Shown piece after piece: positions 63,740 through 64,000 of a stretch of DNA of 64,000 nucleotides. The DNA lies in contig OZ243913.1 of assembly GCA_965213705.1 (NCBI GenBank), forward strand, positions 192,001 through 256,000, read 5' to 3'. Source of the stretch: Trueperaceae bacterium. GTDB lineage: Bacteria; Deinococcota; Deinococci; Deinococcales; Trueperaceae. Position 1 is the first letter of the stretch; every line of letters begins with the position of its first letter. Under the pieces are notes generated by a model that did no database searches, was not told the origin of the DNA, and worked only from the letters and a program-made list of their open reading frames with translations. Position numbers and translations under genes: made by a program.

Positions 63740-64000
63740 TTTACCTAGACACGAGTTTTCTCGTTCCTTTTTATCTGAAAGAGGCGACGAGTGAGCGCGT
63801 CATGTCTGTATTCAGCGCCGCGGCACCGGGTGAGTTTGCTATCAGTCAGTGGGTACAGGTGGAGTTTTCGAGTTTGCTTGCCCGCAGGAGGTGGATGGGA
63901 GAACTCGCACAGAATACTCTCGAGACCGTTTTTGAAACGTTTGAAAAAGAGGTAGCAGAATCCTTCTTAGTGTTTTTTCCAACAGAATCGGATTACGACC
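63736..64000 (+). CDS. vapC: PIN-domain toxin, partial (runs off the window), apparent CTG start
   Basis: Hand translation gives (M)IYLDTSFLVPFYLKEATSERV..ISQWVQVEFSSLLARR, open to the window end. Confidence 0.8.
   Translation, partial: MIYLDTSFLVPFYLKEATSERVMSVFSAAAPGEFAISQWVQVEFSSLLARRRWMGELAQNTLETVFETFEKEVAESFLVFFPTESDYD

Overview
Chromosomal window from a high-GC bacterium, most likely Deinococcota (Truepera/Trueperaceae-like). That placement is inferred from a short-tailed CarB, a Deinococcus-type small repeat, a pilA1-3/comZ-like locus and many leaderless genes with a TAnnnT box 5-7 nt before the start codon. Housekeeping content: carB, prlC-pepF, folE, alaX, mreB, argF-argC-argJ, lpdA, sthA, rluA-family, HAD and MFS genes. 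There are also three c-di-GMP enzymes, an early lipid A operon (S55 protease-lpxD-lpxC-oxidoreductase-fabZ-lpxA-lpxB-like-msbA-like) interrupted by a low-GC DUF4238 gene, a four-gene minor pilin cluster, four type II TA pairs plus an orphan antitoxin, and several REP/MITE-like palindromes. The best candidate for an undescribed system is at 18145-26696. It is an ABC-F ATPase with a degenerate GNAT-like tail, followed by a structured leader (7-codon uORF MIYVRRR, three hairpins, a hairpin-hidden RBS and a 27-codon ORF missed by the ORF track), followed by a translationally coupled array of six GNAT acetyltransferases. No rRNA, tRNA, CRISPR array or transposase was recognised. All calls come from reading the sequence by eye; no database searches were run.
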